Assembly (NCBI GenBank): GCA_037917685.1
Contig: JAVCBU010000006.1
Coordinates: 207,089-271,088, forward strand
DNA length: 64,000 nt
Direction of reading: 5' to 3'
DNA from: Thermoproteota archaeon
GTDB lineage: Archaea; Korarchaeota; Korarchaeia; Korarchaeales; JAOZGB01
Shown here: positions 34,167 through 43,789 of the stretch, one piece after another
Position numbering within the stretch: position 1 is the first letter of the stretch
Layout of the letters: each line of letters starts with the position of its first letter
Made by a program: the position numbers and the translations under genes
The notes under the pieces: generated by a model
The model's database searches: none
Seen by the model: only the letters and a program-made list of their open reading frames with translations
What the model was told of the DNA's origin: nothing

Positions 34167-35207
34167 GTGAGAAAACTAAAAATTGGAATCATCGGATGCG
34201 GGTCGGTAGCTTTAAAGGGGCATATTCCAGCATGGAACTTGTTTAACAATGTTATCCTAGCAGCGGCAGCGGACCCAGATCCAGTTGCAAGGAAAAAATG
34301 TAAGAAATATGTAGATAACCTTTACGATGACTACAGGGAAATGTTAATGAAGGAGGAGCTTGATATCGTTGACATATGCACTCCTCCTCATTTGCATCAT
34401 GATGTGTGCTTACATGCGGTTGAGCGTGGTGTTAATATCCTTGTGGAGAAGCCGATGGCTATATCTAAAAATCAAGCAATCGAAATGGTTGATAAGGCTC
34501 ATAAATATGGTGTAAAACTTTGTGTGATGCAAAATCATCGTTATATACCCGTAGTCATGGTTGCTAAGAAGATTGTTGATAGTGGGGGGCTGGGCTCTAT
34601 TGTTGGAGTTTCAGGTCAATTGTTTCTTCCTCCCCCGTTTGGCTGGACCTATTCTACGTGGCCCTTTGAAAGAAGTAAGGGGGGAGGTGTTGTCTTTAAC
34701 GTAGCTATACATGTTATTGATCTTGCTTTATGGTTTGCAGGGGACGTTGAAAGTGTTTTTGCTTATGGAGGGGATTTTCTTGGTAGAATGGACATCGAAG
34801 GATACTTTTCAGCTCTGTTAAAGTTTAATAACAAGGCAATCGGTGTAATTGAGTCGTCATGGTACAATGGAGGACTTAGGAGCACCTTCGAGCTCAGGGG
34901 AACTGGCGGCGAAATCAAAATCGACCTAAGAAATAATCATATGTTAAGGTACTCTAGCTATCTAACCCCCTATGAAGAGGTTAAATCGTTGCTGTCCAAA
35001 TTTTTAAAGGTCGGATTAGAGGTTGTTAAAAAGAAATATTTTAAAGGGTTCTTAGCATACCAAGCTAGGCTTATAGGCGACTTCATAAATTCGATAGTTA
35101 ACGATACCCAGCCCCCTGTGCCCGGTGAGGATGGGTTAAAATCGGTATCTGTTGCTGAGTCTATCTCACTATCTATAATAAAAAATGCTCCGGTCCGGGT
35201 TACTTAA
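34167..35207 (+). CDS. Gfo/Idh/MocA family oxidoreductase
   Basis: 346 aa. N-terminal Rossmann LKIGIIGCGSVALKGHIPAW and EKPMA motif. Confidence 0.85.
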   Translation: MRKLKIGIIGCGSVALKGHIPAWNLFNNVILAAAADPDPVARKKCKKYVDNLYDDYREMLMKEELDIVDICTPPHLHHDVCLHAVERGVNILVEKPMAISKNQAIEMVDKAHKYGVKLCVMQNHRYIPVVMVAKKIVDSGGLGSIVGVSGQLFLPPPFGWTYSTWPFERSKGGGVVFNVAIHVIDLALWFAGDVESVFAYGGDFLGRMDIEGYFSALLKFNNKAIGVIESSWYNGGLRSTFELRGTGGEIKIDLRNNHMLRYSSYLTPYEEVKSLLSKFLKVGLEVVKKKYFKGFLAYQARLIGDFINSIVNDTQPPVPGEDGLKSVSVAESISLSIIKNAPVRVT

Positions 35208-36477
35208 AAAAGATCCACCCCTCCATCACGTTCCAGTCCCATCCATAGCTGTCTGGAACGGCAGCGCCATATACGATGGTTCCTCTCCATACTGAATACT
35301 TTGGATCTTTAACCATTCTTACATTAACATTCTCCAGCCCTAGTTCTTTCATCATTAACTTAACCTTTGTTGGGGCATCTACAGCTATATCCGAAAGCTT
35401 CCTGGGAACCTTCCAGCTGAAACTCCCGCCGGAGAGGATAATCTGCTTATAAAGTTCAGCCTGTATTTCAACCGCGCACAGTTCAACTGCCGTTCTAATC
35501 GCTTCAGACAGTTTTGCCTTACCAGGTACGACCCTATTACCTATAACTGTGTCGTTTGGAGGTGGGAAACCTCTAGTATAATAGCTTTCAAATATCTCAT
35601 GTGAAGGATTGAACATATATTCCCCTATTAGAAATCTCTGCCATGCCTTATCGCCCATGTCTATTTCAACCATTGTTCCAGGAATCCTAAATTTTCCACT
35701 TATCCTCTCTGGGTACATTCTACACCAATCTATGGCTTTATCCAGTGCTACAGGTATTAGGCCGGCTTGTTCTTTGAAGAGAGTGACAAGCTTCTCCTCC
35801 CTAGCTAGGTCTGAATAGCCCAGATCTCTAAGAATCTGTCTTGTAATAGCGTTCGAATCACTTCCTCCACGGTTTAGAGGTATCAGAGCCGTCCTAATTA
35901 TATCCCTGCTAATAGGGGCTATTTGCGTGTTGCCGTGGCCGCCCTCAATTACAATACAAGTTGTAGCCCCCTCAGCTATAGCAACAGATAGAGGCTGAGG
36001 GATTATAGTGAAGGCTTTTATTAGTCCCGTTTCTGCCTCGACTTCCCTATGGATTTCTATAAGCCTTTCATACATATATCGTGGAGCCTGAGCTGCAAGT
36101 GCCGCAACTACATAGTACCCGTTAAAATCTCTAAATTTTTCATCCTCCATGGGGGGTTTAAACTTCTGTATCCCGTATCTAGTAAGTTCTTTAACAACGA
36201 GCCATCCCCTCTCATCTTTTCTTTCAACTACGCCGTTCCGCATCGGATAATAAAGCCTCACAAGCTCATCTCTAGACTCTATATACTTCGGTACTTCTGG
36301 TCCTACGATGACCTCCTTTTCCTCGTAGCCTCTTATCTCAGAAATAACACGGGACATCCTCGGGAAATACCCCCTGTTTTCTACAATTTCGGGTTTGTCA
36401 CCAAGCCAGCCAGGCCCATACTTATACAACGAAGTGCCGTAGTCTTCTCCGAATACTTGAGCTACACTCCTCCCCAC
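35200..36477 (-). CDS. crenactin (archaeal actin homologue)
   Basis: 425 aa. Actin-fold ATPase with blocks I recall from Pyrobaculum crenactin: IIPQPLSVAIAEGATTCIVIEGGHGNTQIAPIS, LNRGGSDSNAITRQILRDLGYSDLAREE, IILSGGSFSWKVP and YSVWRGTIVYG. Confidence 0.85.
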   Translation of the reverse strand: MGRSVAQVFGEDYGTSLYKYGPGWLGDKPEIVENRGYFPRMSRVISEIRGYEEKEVIVGPEVPKYIESRDELVRLYYPMRNGVVERKDERGWLVVKELTRYGIQKFKPPMEDEKFRDFNGYYVVAALAAQAPRYMYERLIEIHREVEAETGLIKAFTIIPQPLSVAIAEGATTCIVIEGGHGNTQIAPISRDIIRTALIPLNRGGSDSNAITRQILRDLGYSDLAREEKLVTLFKEQAGLIPVALDKAIDWCRMYPERISGKFRIPGTMVEIDMGDKAWQRFLIGEYMFNPSHEIFESYYTRGFPPPNDTVIGNRVVPGKAKLSEAIRTAVELCAVEIQAELYKQIILSGGSFSWKVPRKLSDIAVDAPTKVKLMMKELGLENVNVRMVKDPKYSVWRGTIVYGAAVPDSYGWDWNVMEGWIFFK

Positions 36478-36497
36478 CTAAACCTACCCCCAACTAT

Positions 36498-37034
36498 CTA
36501 TAAATTCTGGTTAATAAAGTACTCTCCGCACACCTTTAAACCTTTAAATAGAACACCCTCTCTCTTCAGGATCGCCTTCTTAACCCTTATGCCGTAACTG
36601 TACCCTCCAATGTCACCATTCTTCCTAACCACCCTATGACATGGGTACAATAAGGGGAAGGGGTTTTTTGCTAGGAGTTTCCCTGCAAGTCTCGGTTTTA
36701 CTCCTATATTCAATCCAAGCCAACTGTAGGAAGCCACTTTCCCTCTTGGTATTCTTTTTAGCACTTCTAAAGCCTTTCCTAAAATCCCCTTGGGAATCAT
36801 TAAGTTTTCTTTTTCTATTCTTGCATGCCTTCCATAGTAAAGTCGTATTATTTTCGAAGCATATCTTTTCGCGAAATCGTCATCTGTGTGGACCTCTAGT
36901 TCACCCCTATATTTCGAGGTATGTTTTATAATCAGTTTCAAACTCTTCAAAGGGATAGTATTCCATGTAATAAAGCCTTCTTCGAGGCCTATTCCCACCC
37001 ATAGGTTATTCATCCTTACTGCGAGTTTTCTCAT
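36498..37034 (-). CDS. ogt: methylated-DNA-protein-cysteine methyltransferase (Ogt/MGMT)
   Basis: 178 aa. Active site PCHRVV. Confidence 0.85.
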   Translation of the reverse strand: MRKLAVRMNNLWVGIGLEEGFITWNTIPLKSLKLIIKHTSKYRGELEVHTDDDFAKRYASKIIRLYYGRHARIEKENLMIPKGILGKALEVLKRIPRGKVASYSWLGLNIGVKPRLAGKLLAKNPFPLLYPCHRVVRKNGDIGGYSYGIRVKKAILKREGVLFKGLKVCGEYFINQNL

Positions 37035-37067
37035 CTGGTTTTAAAGGCATGTCTTATCAATTTATAC

Positions 37068-38129
37068 TTGATGATCGAGATAGATGGTAGTTACGGGGAA
37101 GGCGGCGGGGCCATATTTAGGAATGCACTTGCGCTTTCTTCTGTTACACTTGAACCAGTAAAGATTTTTAATATTAGAGCTAAAAGACCGACACCCGGCC
37201 TTAAACCTCAACATCTTACAGTAGCTAAAGCTCTCGCCCGAATAACTGATGCTGACGTTTCTGGTCTAGAGATAGGCTCGACTTCAGTAACATTTATACC
37301 TCGAATGAGAAGGGCTGGAAACTACTTTTTCGACATAGGAACAGCCGGAAGTGTAACCCTATTCTTGCAAGCCCTGGTTCCAGTTGCAGTATTCTCCAAA
37401 TCCCCTGTTACACTTAAAGTGAAGGGGGGCACAGATGTCAAATGGTCTCCAACAATAGACTACTATAAAAACGTTTTTTTAGCCACTCTTAAAAAGATGG
37501 GGGTAAATGCAAATATAGAGGTTAGCAGAAGAGGGCACTATCCAAAGGGAGGGGGAATTTGTATTTTTGAGTCGAAGCCTGTCGGTAGACTCAAACCTAT
37601 ACGAATAGTTAAGCTTGGAGAAATATTAGAGATAAAAGGCGTTGCTCATTCCATAAAACTACCTAAACACGTTGCTGAAAGGATGGCTAAATCTGCAGAA
37701 CATTACATTAGAAGGACAGGGTTTAACGTGCCCATCGACATAGAACTTGATGTTAAAGAAAACTCTGAGCACCTCGGACCTGGTGCAGGGATGTCCTTAT
37801 GGGCTATCTCCAGCACGGGAGCTATCGTCGGATCAGACTCGCTAGGCGAGCGAGGGAAACCCAGCGAAAAAGTTGGTTTCGAGGCTGCTAAAAAACTTCT
37901 TAAAGTGATAGAAGCAAAATGTCCCGTTGATCCCCACCTCTCCGACATGCTTATATTGTACATGGCTTTAGCGGGAGGCACATCCACCATCGTTACATCC
38001 AAACTTACTATGCACACAAAGTCAAACATATGGGTAGCCGAAAAGATGTTAAATGTTAACTTCAGTATTGAGAAAGATAAAGGCAAATGTATAATATCAG
38101 TACAGGGTATTGGATTATTAACTCAATAA
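37068..38129 (+). CDS. rtcA: RNA 3'-terminal phosphate cyclase
   Basis: 353 aa. N-terminal IEIDGSYGEGGGAIFRNALALS. Confidence 0.9.
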   Translation: MMIEIDGSYGEGGGAIFRNALALSSVTLEPVKIFNIRAKRPTPGLKPQHLTVAKALARITDADVSGLEIGSTSVTFIPRMRRAGNYFFDIGTAGSVTLFLQALVPVAVFSKSPVTLKVKGGTDVKWSPTIDYYKNVFLATLKKMGVNANIEVSRRGHYPKGGGICIFESKPVGRLKPIRIVKLGEILEIKGVAHSIKLPKHVAERMAKSAEHYIRRTGFNVPIDIELDVKENSEHLGPGAGMSLWAISSTGAIVGSDSLGERGKPSEKVGFEAAKKLLKVIEAKCPVDPHLSDMLILYMALAGGTSTIVTSKLTMHTKSNIWVAEKMLNVNFSIEKDKGKCIISVQGIGLLTQ

Positions 38130-38144
38130 AGGTGTTTCTCACAA

Positions 38145-39878
38145 TTGGACTTTGAGAAAATCGTATCCTATATAGTTGAGAAGTCTAACCTAACCAGGGA
38201 AGAAGTTTATAGAAGAATAAAGGAGTACCAAGAGGAGTTCAGGGGTTTCCTTAACCCTGAAGGGGCGGCTTACGTGCTCGCATCGGAGCTGGGAATAGAA
38301 CTTCCCAAACCCTCAACTTCTGAAGTCATATTGTCAATTAACAAGCTAATTCCAGGAATGAGAAGAATAAGGGTGGCGGGGAGAGTTGTAAGGATTTACC
38401 CTGTGACTAGCTTTACAAGAAAGGACGGTTCAACAGGATTTAGAAGAGAGATTAAAATTGCGGACGAAACAGGCCAGGCATACATCGTAATATGGGCCCC
38501 TAAGGAAGCTCTTGAAAATATAGAGTTTGAGGAGGGAGACGTAATTAAAGTCATCGGTGGAAGGGTAAGAGTTAACAGTAGAAACGAGAAAGCAATCCAT
38601 ATAGACCCTTCTTCAGGTCGAATAGTTCCCTATGAGGGTGACACCTCTAAATTTCCCAATGTACAGATACCAATGCTAAAAATAAGTGAAATCTCATCAG
38701 AGACCGCCGAGGTAGACGTTACTGGTACCGTCGTATTCGCATCAGGTGTCAAAAACTTTGAAAGACCGGACGGCAGGGAAGGTCGTATGCTATATGCAAT
38801 CTTAGAAGATAATACCCAGCAAGTGAGGGCTGTTTTCTGGAGGAAAGCCGTTGATGAAGCTGTAAACCTCAAAATTGGAGATAGAATAATAATTCGATCT
38901 GCCAGGATCAGAAGATCCGTAGATGGAAACTTTGAAGTCCACGCAGGATCCAGATCAAGCATTAAAGTCATCTCTTATGGTGAAAAAGAAGAATTAGAGT
39001 TTAGAAAGCTTTCCGAGATTAAGGGAGACATGCAATATGTTAATGTAAAAGCCGTCTTACTTAGGAAATTCGAGGTAATACCCTACACTAGGCGGGATGG
39101 AAGTACATCAGAAATGCTGGAAATATTGTTAGGAGACGACACAGCAGTTGTCAGAGGATACGCATGGGGCGAAGCAGCGAAACACATCAAAGAGATGGCC
39201 ACCCCAACCCTCCTGGAAATTAAAGGGGCGAAGGCAAGGATCGAAGGAGAAAACATATCGATCCACATAGGAAAGAATGTTAGTATTACAGAGCTTCCAT
39301 TAGATAAAGATTACAAAATAGTAACGGTTAACGAGGATAATTTGTACCCGCGAAAATGGCTTGGCGAACTGTCCGAAGGATTCTACGAAGTTAGAGGTAC
39401 TGTGGTATACGTCAGCGACAGCCTCTCTATTACAAGATTCTGTAAAAAATGTGGCGCTCACACAAGTTATGAGTACGGGAGACACATATGCCCAAAATGT
39501 GGGGAGGTCGAAGATGTTGAATTCTTACCCTCATTTTTCATATTCATTGACGACGGCACAGGCTCAATCCAAATTTCATTCTTTAGAGAGGTAGCGGAGG
39601 AGATAGTAGGGAAAACAGTTGAACAGATGCTTACAGAGATTGACCAGCTGGGTTTCCAACCATTCAAGTATCCACTAGACGCTCTAAGAGAGAAACTTTT
39701 AGGGAAGGAGGTAACAGTAAGAGGTAAAATAAGGTTTAAAGGGGATATGCAAGCATTCACCATGAGAGGCAAAGACTTGAAATTCGCATCTCCAATCACC
39801 GAAGCTAAAATGTTAATCTCAGAAATAGAGGAAAAACTCTTACCAGAAATCACAAAGCGGTTTGAGGAAAATGAGTAG
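38145..39878 (+). CDS. replication protein A-like ssDNA-binding protein (four OB folds, one with zinc ribbon)
   Basis: 577 aa. Four repeats of the OB pattern (G-x-V-x...R.DGS...GD), with CKKCG...CPKCG inserted in the last OB. Confidence 0.75.
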   Translation: MDFEKIVSYIVEKSNLTREEVYRRIKEYQEEFRGFLNPEGAAYVLASELGIELPKPSTSEVILSINKLIPGMRRIRVAGRVVRIYPVTSFTRKDGSTGFRREIKIADETGQAYIVIWAPKEALENIEFEEGDVIKVIGGRVRVNSRNEKAIHIDPSSGRIVPYEGDTSKFPNVQIPMLKISEISSETAEVDVTGTVVFASGVKNFERPDGREGRMLYAILEDNTQQVRAVFWRKAVDEAVNLKIGDRIIIRSARIRRSVDGNFEVHAGSRSSIKVISYGEKEELEFRKLSEIKGDMQYVNVKAVLLRKFEVIPYTRRDGSTSEMLEILLGDDTAVVRGYAWGEAAKHIKEMATPTLLEIKGAKARIEGENISIHIGKNVSITELPLDKDYKIVTVNEDNLYPRKWLGELSEGFYEVRGTVVYVSDSLSITRFCKKCGAHTSYEYGRHICPKCGEVEDVEFLPSFFIFIDDGTGSIQISFFREVAEEIVGKTVEQMLTEIDQLGFQPFKYPLDALREKLLGKEVTVRGKIRFKGDMQAFTMRGKDLKFASPITEAKMLISEIEEKLLPEITKRFEENE

Positions 39879-40752
39879 CCTCCCACCCTACACCCTATTT
39901 GGCATCCAGTCTAAACTGCAAGAGTCAAAATATGTGGTATTACCAGTCCCTTACGATTCCACTTCATCATACATTCCTGGAAGCCGATTCGGCCCTCATA
40001 AGGTAATAGAAGCATCACGGGAAGTAGAACTCTACGATTTCGAAACAAGATTTCATCTTTCAGACGCTAAAATTCATACTTTACACGAGTTGAAACCTTA
40101 TAGAGGGAATTCTGAAGAAATGTTGAGGAGAATAGCAGAGTCGGTGGCTAGAATATTCACCGATAGGAAATTCCCAATTGTATTGGGAGGAGAACACACT
40201 ATAACTATCGGGGCTGTGGAAGCCGCACTCACACTATTCCCTGATCTGTGGGTAATAATACTCGATGCTCATGCAGACCTAAGGGATAGCTTTGAAGGTA
40301 CAATGTACAGCCACGCCTGTGTAGCTAGAAGGATATTAGATTTAACAGAAAATGTCATGTTATTAGGAGTGAGAAGTCTAAGCTTAGAGGAAGCTGAGCT
40401 GATAGAAAAAACTAAAATAAGGGTGTTATATTCGGATAGTCTAAAACAGGACCTTGCATCCCAAGCTTTAGCTATAAGTTCAGAAATAGGGCAAAACCCT
40501 GTCTATCTATCTATAGATATAGATGTCTTCGATCCAGCAGAGGTACCATGCGTTTCAACGCCGGAACCAGGAGGTTTAAATTGGGATATCACGATCCGGC
40601 TATTAAAAAGTCTATGCAAGCTTGACGTGATAGGCTTTGACATCGTGGAGTTTACACCCTGCATAGACGGAGGAAGATCTGCCATCCTAATATCTACTCT
40701 TATTAAGAAATTGATTTCATATATAGAATCAGGTAGTAGTAACCAAATTTAA
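39862..40752 (+). CDS. speB: agmatinase (arginase/ureohydrolase family)
   Basis: 296 aa. Motifs GGEHTIT, LDAHADL and SIDIDVFDPA. ATG 39871 is the likely start. Confidence 0.85.
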   Translation: MRKMSSLPPYTLFGIQSKLQESKYVVLPVPYDSTSSYIPGSRFGPHKVIEASREVELYDFETRFHLSDAKIHTLHELKPYRGNSEEMLRRIAESVARIFTDRKFPIVLGGEHTITIGAVEAALTLFPDLWVIILDAHADLRDSFEGTMYSHACVARRILDLTENVMLLGVRSLSLEEAELIEKTKIRVLYSDSLKQDLASQALAISSEIGQNPVYLSIDIDVFDPAEVPCVSTPEPGGLNWDITIRLLKSLCKLDVIGFDIVEFTPCIDGGRSAILISTLIKKLISYIESGSSNQI

Positions 40753-41253
40753 CCGGCGGCTTAAAAACTCCATTATAATGCTAAGAACCCCAATCTCAAA
40801 CCAGGCCTTCGCTAGGATTCCAGCAATCACGGCAAGTGAAAAAACTTCAGCTGCTTCAGGAGGCACAAACAATCTGACTAGGTACCGGAGAGACAAGAAT
40901 GTAAAGATAAATTCAGGAACGTAACCAATAACTACTGAAATCAACGGTCTGAATCTCCTTTTTAAGAATCCAACCATTAAACCAGTTAGCATTTTCCCAG
41001 GGAAGAAGAGTAGGCCGGCAACCGGCCCTAAAAAACCTCGTATTCCAAACCTGAAATAGGGCACGATAGATATCAATACACCTTCTATTCCACCCATGAG
41101 TGACCCGTATCTCAAAGCTATTAGTAAAGTAGCGAAGTGGGATAGGTCAAGGGCTATCTGAGGATGGAAAGATCCCAATTCTGTGGAAAGGAGAGCCAAC
41201 CCATTCCCTACTGCACCCCAAATACATAGATCGGTGAGCTTCCTTGAATCCAT
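40729..41253 (-). CDS. integral membrane protein, family unassigned
   Basis: 174 aa with five to six hydrophobic segments. Confidence 0.5.
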   Translation of the reverse strand: MDSRKLTDLCIWGAVGNGLALLSTELGSFHPQIALDLSHFATLLIALRYGSLMGGIEGVLISIVPYFRFGIRGFLGPVAGLLFFPGKMLTGLMVGFLKRRFRPLISVVIGYVPEFIFTFLSLRYLVRLFVPPEAAEVFSLAVIAGILAKAWFEIGVLSIIMEFLSRRLNLVTTT

Positions 41254-41302
41254 ACCTGGTTTTTGACCAGCCTTTATTTTAATATTTGAGACAGTCTCAA
41301 AA

Positions 41303-42385
41303 TTAGGACAAATCTTTTAGGTGCTTAACAAGCTCACCAAGATTCTTGTTCTCCTTAACAGAAATGTAAAACACTGGTTTATCCCCGATTAAGGCCTCTA
41401 TTTCCTTGAGTTCCTTAATTCTCCTTTCTTTAATCTTATCAATCTTGTTGAAGACGAAGGTTATCTTATCATCCGCACCGATTTCTCTATACATCTTTAG
41501 AAGCGTGCAGACTTTTAATTTTAAAACCTCGCTCCTATCCGAGGCGTCAAACATAACTAAAAGCCTATTTGCGGAACGTATATCCATAAGGTTTAATTCA
41601 AATGACTGGATAAGCCTAGGGTCCTGGTCCAATACGAAGCCTATTGTATCTACAAGGTATAGGTTTCCATTGAAAATCGATGAATACTTGCTTGATAGAG
41701 TTGTAAAGGGCATATCGCTAACGGGTTTCTTGCAACCGGTAAGTTCGTTGAATAGCGACGTCTTACCAGCATTATAGTAGCCCGAGATACATACTATAGG
41801 AGCCCCAAATTCTCTGATCTTATCGATCTGCATCTTCTTTCTCTTCTTAATCTTTTCTATTTCACCCCTGATTCTCTTAATCCTTTTGTGGAGCGCTGAT
41901 ATAGTCTTATGGTAGGCATACTCGCCGGGTCCTCTGAACCCGGCTTTATGTCTCAGATATTTCATGGATGCTCTCAGCTTCACATAGGGAAACTCTTTCT
42001 CAATTGAGGCCAACTCTATCTGCAGTTTTGATAATTTGTCAGTTGCAGCCTCCTTAAATATTTCCAAAACCACATCATATCTATCGTACACAGGCACTTG
42101 AAACAATTTTTCAAGATTATATCTCTGCTTGCTTGTTAGAATGTTATAGAATACAACTATATCTGGTTTGTTCTTATAGACTAAATCCTTGATTTCGTAA
42201 GCTTTACCCTTACCGACACAGTAGTTCACGGTAGGTTTCAATCTACTCTGTATAACCTTTTTGATCGTACTATATCTAAGGGTTAATAGAAGCTTCTCTA
42301 ATTCTCTAATCTTTATCAAGTATGCTAGGTGATCATGTATGTCTGTTTTCACCATACATAGAACGGCTTTCCTCATGCATTGCAC
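41303..42385 (-). CDS. hflX: GTPase HflX
   Basis: 360 aa. G1 GYYNAGKTSLFN, G3 DTIGF, NKID. The start may be an internal Met, because the ORF overlaps the upstream UbiD gene. Confidence 0.85.
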   Translation of the reverse strand: MQCMRKAVLCMVKTDIHDHLAYLIKIRELEKLLLTLRYSTIKKVIQSRLKPTVNYCVGKGKAYEIKDLVYKNKPDIVVFYNILTSKQRYNLEKLFQVPVYDRYDVVLEIFKEAATDKLSKLQIELASIEKEFPYVKLRASMKYLRHKAGFRGPGEYAYHKTISALHKRIKRIRGEIEKIKKRKKMQIDKIREFGAPIVCISGYYNAGKTSLFNELTGCKKPVSDMPFTTLSSKYSSIFNGNLYLVDTIGFVLDQDPRLIQSFELNLMDIRSANRLLVMFDASDRSEVLKLKVCTLLKMYREIGADDKITFVFNKIDKIKERRIKELKEIEALIGDKPVFYISVKENKNLGELVKHLKDLS

Positions 42386-43715
42386 CTATGGGAATGGTGG
42401 GTTTCTTGAAGAGTTTCGGGTCACCCTTTATCGTAGCATCTATAATAACCTTACTCCGAGGTGTTTCTATAAACTTTCCCCCCATTCTCCTCATATTGCT
42501 GTGATCCAAACTCGATCCTCTAACGTTTCTTATTATCAAGTAATCTTCAGAGGGATTGGCTCTTTGTATAACAGCGCTCATTACTTCCAAGTAGTTAGTA
42601 ACATCCACATCAGGATCCACAATTATCACACTCTTAAGGCTTTTATGCGCGTATATCGCAGATAGCCCTACCAGAAAAGGCTGATCGTCGGTCTCCTTTT
42701 CTATGCTTATCGCAACTTCAAGCCAGCCTTTACCAGCTGGAGTGGTGGCTACAGCCTTAACATTAGCATGCTTCCTCGCCGCCTGAATTACCGCAGCTTC
42801 AACAGGGATACCCATTAGAAGAGAATGTTCCATTCCACCTGGTAGTATAGCTTGGTATACAGGGTTCCGTTTCATGGAGATCGCTTCAACCTTTAAAACA
42901 GGCTGCCTTCTAACAATATCAACACCAAGAATCTCGTAGAAAGGCCCTTCATCAGCCCTTTCACCAGCTATTAGCCTTCCCTCCAGAACAACCTGACTAC
43001 ACGATGGAACATACGCGTTGACAGATCTAACCCTTGACATTTCAATAGGCTCCCCTGCAATGCCCCCCGCTACCCTAACTTTGTCTTCCATGGTAGGTAT
43101 CGCTGAGGCGAGAAGTAAGGGCATAGGCAATCCTATTGCGGTAGCCACCTCCAAATCCTCTCCCTCCATTTCAGCTCTTTTGAACTCTCTGAGAAGTCTC
43201 CTTCCAGCGACAATTCTCACAGCCAGTTTATTCCTAGCTACGACCATCATCCTGTGAAAAGAAGCTGAAAAAAGCCCTGTGTCCCGTTCCTTAACAAATA
43301 TGACTCCTGAAGTTATGTATGGAGAAGGTTCGCAATCGTAATGATGCAGAATAGGGAGTTTTCTTAAGTCTGGGTCTTCCAAGTAGATATCCCAGGCGTA
43401 ATCTCTTAAAAGATAATCTCGCTTCTCCTTAAGCCCTCCTTCAACCTTAGCTGTCAGGCCATTTATACTTGTGTTAAGTAATGTTGCTATATTAAGTCTT
43501 GAGGTTGCAATGTTCGCTGCAACATTCCACAATTCACCAGTCAAACTACGAACATTCTTAAGATAAACAGCGTACCTCCCATCATATCTTGCAATTATAC
43601 TTGCAGCCTCAAATTCGCAGCTAACTTCATCCCTGAAAGTTTTAATTAGTCCTTTGCTCTCGAGTTTATCGAGATCTTTCCTTAGATCCACATCTATTTG
43701 ACGCCTAGCACACAT
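42333..43715 (-). CDS. UbiD-family decarboxylase (candidate anhydromevalonate-phosphate decarboxylase)
   Basis: 460 aa. UbiD-like architecture and length. The functional assignment is an inference from archaeal pathway knowledge. Confidence 0.75.
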   Translation of the reverse strand: MCARRQIDVDLRKDLDKLESKGLIKTFRDEVSCEFEAASIIARYDGRYAVYLKNVRSLTGELWNVAANIATSRLNIATLLNTSINGLTAKVEGGLKEKRDYLLRDYAWDIYLEDPDLRKLPILHHYDCEPSPYITSGVIFVKERDTGLFSASFHRMMVVARNKLAVRIVAGRRLLREFKRAEMEGEDLEVATAIGLPMPLLLASAIPTMEDKVRVAGGIAGEPIEMSRVRSVNAYVPSCSQVVLEGRLIAGERADEGPFYEILGVDIVRRQPVLKVEAISMKRNPVYQAILPGGMEHSLLMGIPVEAAVIQAARKHANVKAVATTPAGKGWLEVAISIEKETDDQPFLVGLSAIYAHKSLKSVIIVDPDVDVTNYLEVMSAVIQRANPSEDYLIIRNVRGSSLDHSNMRRMGGKFIETPRSKVIIDATIKGDPKLFKKPTIPIGAMHEESRSMYGENRHT

Positions 43716-43789
43716 TAAATTTTTTCCTGATAAAGTTTCTTCCTTCGATAGTTTAATTAATTGCTTACTGTGTAATTCATAAGGTTGAA

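Noticed and set aside
36049-36597. A 182-aa plus-strand ORF, together with the many other 60-170-aa ORFs antisense to well-supported genes. Examples are 1454..1726, 1905..2261, 2646..3140, 25103..25624, 37703..38086, 39467..39886, 45847..46293, 48956..49342, 50238..50642 and 52851..53219.
   Set aside because: Each lies inside a longer ORF with clear family motifs on the opposite strand and shows no recognisable motifs of its own. They are shadow ORFs.
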